From NCBI GenBank assembly GCA_907165135.1, contig OU015569.1, positions 3,348,001 through 3,412,000 of the forward strand: a stretch of 64,000 nt of DNA, written 5' to 3'. The position numbers and the translations under genes are program-made. The DNA is from Oikopleura dioica (lineage: Eukaryota > Animalia > Chordata). The notes beneath the pieces are model-generated. The model searched no databases, was not told where the DNA came from, and saw only the letters and a program-made list of their open reading frames with translations. The stretch's first letter is position 1. Each line of letters begins with the position of its first letter. Shown one piece after another: positions 60,571 to 64,000 of the stretch.

Positions 60571-61149
60571 AAAATCAATTTCCATCAATCCCAATTATAA
60601 AAAAACTATTCAGGTTAAATAATACTTGATAGTTTTTATGAGTCGACTCCTTTTACTGCAGCCAGGTTACGAATCGGTTAAATATACCGGTATTCGGGAT
60701 TCAATTATATAGGTGAAAACAGCAGAACTTCACAAAACCCCTTTGAACAACTTCAAGATTTTAACCAACCATTCAATGTTTGAGGCTGAGTCCTTGTTGA
60801 TATCAATTAAAGTAAAGTCCAATTCTATGTCATTTATTTCCTTTTCTTTCGAAAAACAAACCAGCAGCAAAACTTTCTAGCTATTAACTCTTTCTTCTTC
60901 TTTCTTCATTCGATTTGCTGTTCCTCGGGCTCACAGGAAACCTAACAATTACTTATTTGAAAAGCTGTCGTTTTAACAAACCTCCATTCGTTCACCATCT
61001 TGACTTGCTTCAATCGCCGCAATTTCATCTGCAAGCACTCGTTGCTAATTCAAATCTTATCAAAAGAAATGGTAAAAGAAGATACCTTTTGAAGCTCCTT
61101 GTAAATGGGAATCTTGGTAAAGTCAGACTCCCTCTCGACCAAGCTTTTT

Positions 61150-61900
61150 TATGAATTACAAAACACTCGAAAACCCGCCATGCTTTGATTGAATTCTTTC
61201 CTGTTGCAGATACTTTTGACTTCGAATGGAGCCAACAACAAGCCTGTGAATTCAGTGTCGAGACTAAGGATAACCGTAGCGCTCAATTTTTAAAATAAAG
61301 GACTAATACCTGGCCGCTTTGTTCTTCACTTCCAAATTATTGGCGGTCATCTTGCTTTAAAAACGTTTTCGATTAGCTTTATCTTTACAAAAGTGATTCT
61401 CATCAATACTTTAAATAATACGAGTTTGAAACGCTCCTTTTATTTTCGAAGACCTGTTCGCGGTAGCCAACGAGGTTCGTTTTTGCAGCTTTGGTCTTCT
61501 TCTTCGCCTTTCTGATATCGCTCTTTATTTTTGCTCTTTCTGCCTCTAAATTTTGCGCCAGTAATAAACATTCACTGAGACATACAAGAACAACTCTATC
61601 TCTAATTAAGAATTCGGCCGAGGAACTTACCTAGTTCGCGTGTTTTTTGGAGCTTCGAAAGAAGAAGAGTTCTGTAACTTTACAGGGAAATTGAAAACAA
61701 AATTATTTTTTCTGTAGTGATATCAGTTGCATCTAATAATTAGGAAAATTTCTTTAAAAATGGTCTCTACAAATTATTCGTTTATATCAACCCGTTTCCC
61801 ATCTCGCTGCTCTTGAGTGAGTTCCATCAACTCATCCTCCCCCGACTCCTGGCTTCCGTTTTCCATCTCCCTCTTCTGCGCAACTCTCGCACTGAACCGC
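61150..61900 (-). CDS. Possible lineage-specific multi-exon coiled-coil protein
   Basis: Open exons such as LAQNLEAERAKIKSDIRKAKKKTKAAK and DELMELTQEQRDGKR; joins unresolved. Confidence 0.3.
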
Positions 61901-62119
61901 GGCATTTTCAGAGAAAAAATTCAAATTCTCGATTTTACTCTTCGTTCTGAGTGCCGGGCGTCTTTCCTGTGAACGAGAGTCGACGTTTTTCGACTCGAAA
62001 CGGAAATCCAGAAAAGTTAAAAAAAGATAAACAGAATCGCCATCCAGGGAGTTGCTGCCTTTGAAAAATAAAAATAACCGATAAAGATTGAAATTCTTGC
62101 AAGATCAAAAGAAGGGGGT

Positions 62120-62397
62120 CGGGGACTCGCAGTACCAAAGCTTTTTGGTACTGCCAGTACCAATTTTGGTACTGGGAGTACCAATTTTGGCTTTCCGAGT
62201 GATATTTTAACGAGATATTTCAATCGGAATAATAGTAGGCGGGTAAATAGAAGTGTATCCTGTCCGAATCAGTAAGTTTCTTATCACAGAACCCGCGGAG
62301 CGGGCGTTTCTGACTGACTAAAATTTTGCCTTGCCAAAATTGGTACTGGGAGTACCAAATTGGTACTGGCAGTACCAATTGGTACTGGGAGTCCCCG
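62120..62397. mobile_element. ~280-bp MITE-like element with palindromic subrepeats
   Basis: Ends CGGGGACTCGCAGTACCAA / TTGGTACTGGGAGTCCCCG; several TTGGTACT(GGG/GCC/GGC)AGTACCAA hairpin units at each end. Confidence 0.7.
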
Positions 62398-62724
62398 GTA
62401 GCCCAAAAGAAACGCTAAAATTTCTAGCGTTTGCTTTGTCTGAGTTCTGTGAAGGTGATTTTATTCATGAATCAATGGCAGTTTGATTATAGTACAAGAC
62501 ATGTTCAGGGGCTTTTTACTTTTTAGCTCGTCGTTCGATGTTTGAGGTGATTTCGTTCATCAGTCGACGGAACTTGTTTTCGTCCATTCTGATCTGGACA
62601 CTTTTTACGATCTCGCCGGCGATGTATTCGTACTGAACATCTAAGATGCTCGCTTTTTCCAACTCGAACACTTCTTTCAAAGGGTTCAACTTTTTCTAAG
62701 AAAAAACTCTTTCTTATGCTCTGA

Positions 62725-63252
62725 TCATGTGAGTACCCTTCCTTGGTTAATTGAGCCGATCGTCCATTGCGGAATCAACGAGCTTTGCCTTCCCGATATT
62801 TCCTGGCTGAGTTCTCTGATCGTACTCGCTCTGAAGAATATCTTAAGCTCCCATAGCTCAACTATTTCGACAAACCTATAGCCAGGATACAAGCGCACCA
62901 GATCGCTCAGGCTAATCGGCGGATTCTTGGGCCCTCCAGTTCGCATAAACACAATTTCCGCCAGAATCGTCCATCCGATCGCTCTAAAGAAGCCCTGTTT
63001 GGCCATTGAGGATCGAAAGCCCGCTCTGAAGAATGAATCGAGATCCTTGTTTATCGTCGGCCGCTCTTCTTCGGCCTCGACTTTCAGATCTTTGCCTTTC
63101 TTCTTCAAATAGTTCTGGATAAGAACGTTGGCTGCGTCGTCGTCGAATTTCAGATTGAAGTTGTTCAAGTTGCTCAGTATCGTGTTGACGTTTTTGACGT
63201 TTTTGGAGGGCGGGCCGTTCGGAGAGGCCTCGCGCTTTCGTTTTTCCGTCAC
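62725..63252 (-). CDS. Hypothetical nuclear protein (N-terminal KRKR, LisH-like helix); probably continues to about 62500
   Basis: 175-aa ORF MTEKRKREASPNG...DAANVLIQNYLKKKG...; start codon is an alternative start in the track. Confidence 0.5.
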   Translation of the reverse strand: MTEKRKREASPNGPPSKNVKNVNTILSNLNNFNLKFDDDAANVLIQNYLKKKGKDLKVEAEEERPTINKDLDSFFRAGFRSSMAKQGFFRAIGWTILAEIVFMRTGGPKNPPISLSDLVRLYPGYRFVEIVELWELKIFFRASTIRELSQEISGRQSSLIPQWTIGSINQGRVLT

Positions 63253-63273
63253 TAGAAACGGTTGAAAATGATT

Positions 63274-63888
63274 TCAGCGCGATATTTTACCTCTATAGAC
63301 GACATTTTTATCAAACTTGAAGGACTCGCTGCATTGCGTGGCGACGATGAGAACCGTCTTCTCGACGAGCGACGTCTTTGTCGCTTTGTCGAGCTCAACG
63401 GTGCGAAAGTTTCCGTCTTCCTGCTCTGCCATCGGCCTCAGTTCGTCCCTGACTTCGCTATTGTGGTACATTTCCGTGGCGAGGTCCTCGATTCGCAGCC
63501 CTCGATTCGGCTTGATCAGTTCTTTCATCTTCTTTCTGATGATTTCGTACAAACAGAGTTGGTTTGGAAGCAAGCAATCTCTTTCCCAGTTCCTTATTTC
63601 GTTCTTTGACCACTCTTCGTGTTTGTTGTGCAAGTATTGGACCCATAGTATGCCCGAACACGGCCGGGGCCGCTCCTCGGGGTCCTCTGGATCGTTCATT
63701 TGAAACGGCATCAGAAACCAGGACAAATTCATCGGAGGATCTTCCGGGTGATTGAGCATGATCTTCCAAAAGGCGGCTTCGATCTCGTAGCTTTTGAACT
63801 CGTTTGCATTCGGCGATCTACGAATATACTCGTGAATATAAGCAAGAAGAGAATCGTCAGCGGGTTCTTCGTCGAACTTGTGCAGTCC
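63274..63888 (-). CDS. Hypothetical protein, 3' exon(s); begins beyond the window
   Basis: Open frame from acceptor near 63890 (LHKFDEEPADDSLLAYIHEYIRR...) through ORF 63274-63759. Confidence 0.5.
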   Translation of the reverse strand, partial: GLHKFDEEPADDSLLAYIHEYIRRSPNANEFKSYEIEAAFWKIMLNHPEDPPMNLSWFLMPFQMNDPEDPEERPRPCSGILWVQYLHNKHEEWSKNEIRNWERDCLLPNQLCLYEIIRKKMKELIKPNRGLRIEDLATEMYHNSEVRDELRPMAEQEDGNFRTVELDKATKTSLVEKTVLIVATQCSESFKFDKNVVYRGKISR

Positions 63889-64000
63889 TAAAACAAGTAT
63901 TTATCGATTCTATTCGATGAGAAAGGCGCACCTATGGAAACAGGATCGTTCCGCGTTGATGGCTCAGAAAACCTGTGCTCGATCGAACAGGCAACAATTT

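Noticed and set aside
1-64000. tRNA, rRNA, snRNA or autonomous transposase/RT genes
   Set aside because: None recognised by eye; a covariance-model and profile search would be needed to exclude them.

Overview
Gene-dense animal genomic DNA with many ~40-60 nt introns, several with GC/GA donors. The architecture suggests the tunicate Oikopleura dioica or a relative (inference, no database check). Recognisable genes: a cadherin (5' part), a divergent SK/KCNN-type K+ channel, WDR62/MAPKBP1, CFAP20, an NK4/Nkx2-5-type homeobox gene, a RING protein, a ZP-domain protein, METTL24, a CD109/TEP thioester protein and AUH, plus several lineage-specific ORFs and non-autonomous TIR elements. Best leads: (1) six frame-locked, apparently mutually exclusive exons encoding alternative bait regions of the CD109/TEP gene; (2) a small non-RPB1 protein carrying Pol II CTD heptads; (3) the NK4 gene, with hidden distal exons and at least 19 NK2-class binding sites across its 7-kb intron and upstream region; (4) two near-identical inverted transposon copies in the introns flanking a cadherin exon block; (5) a pair of 41/42-identical intron-like sequences on opposite strands; (6) an SK-like channel with an NLGYG filter. 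All exon models were read by eye and need RNA confirmation.
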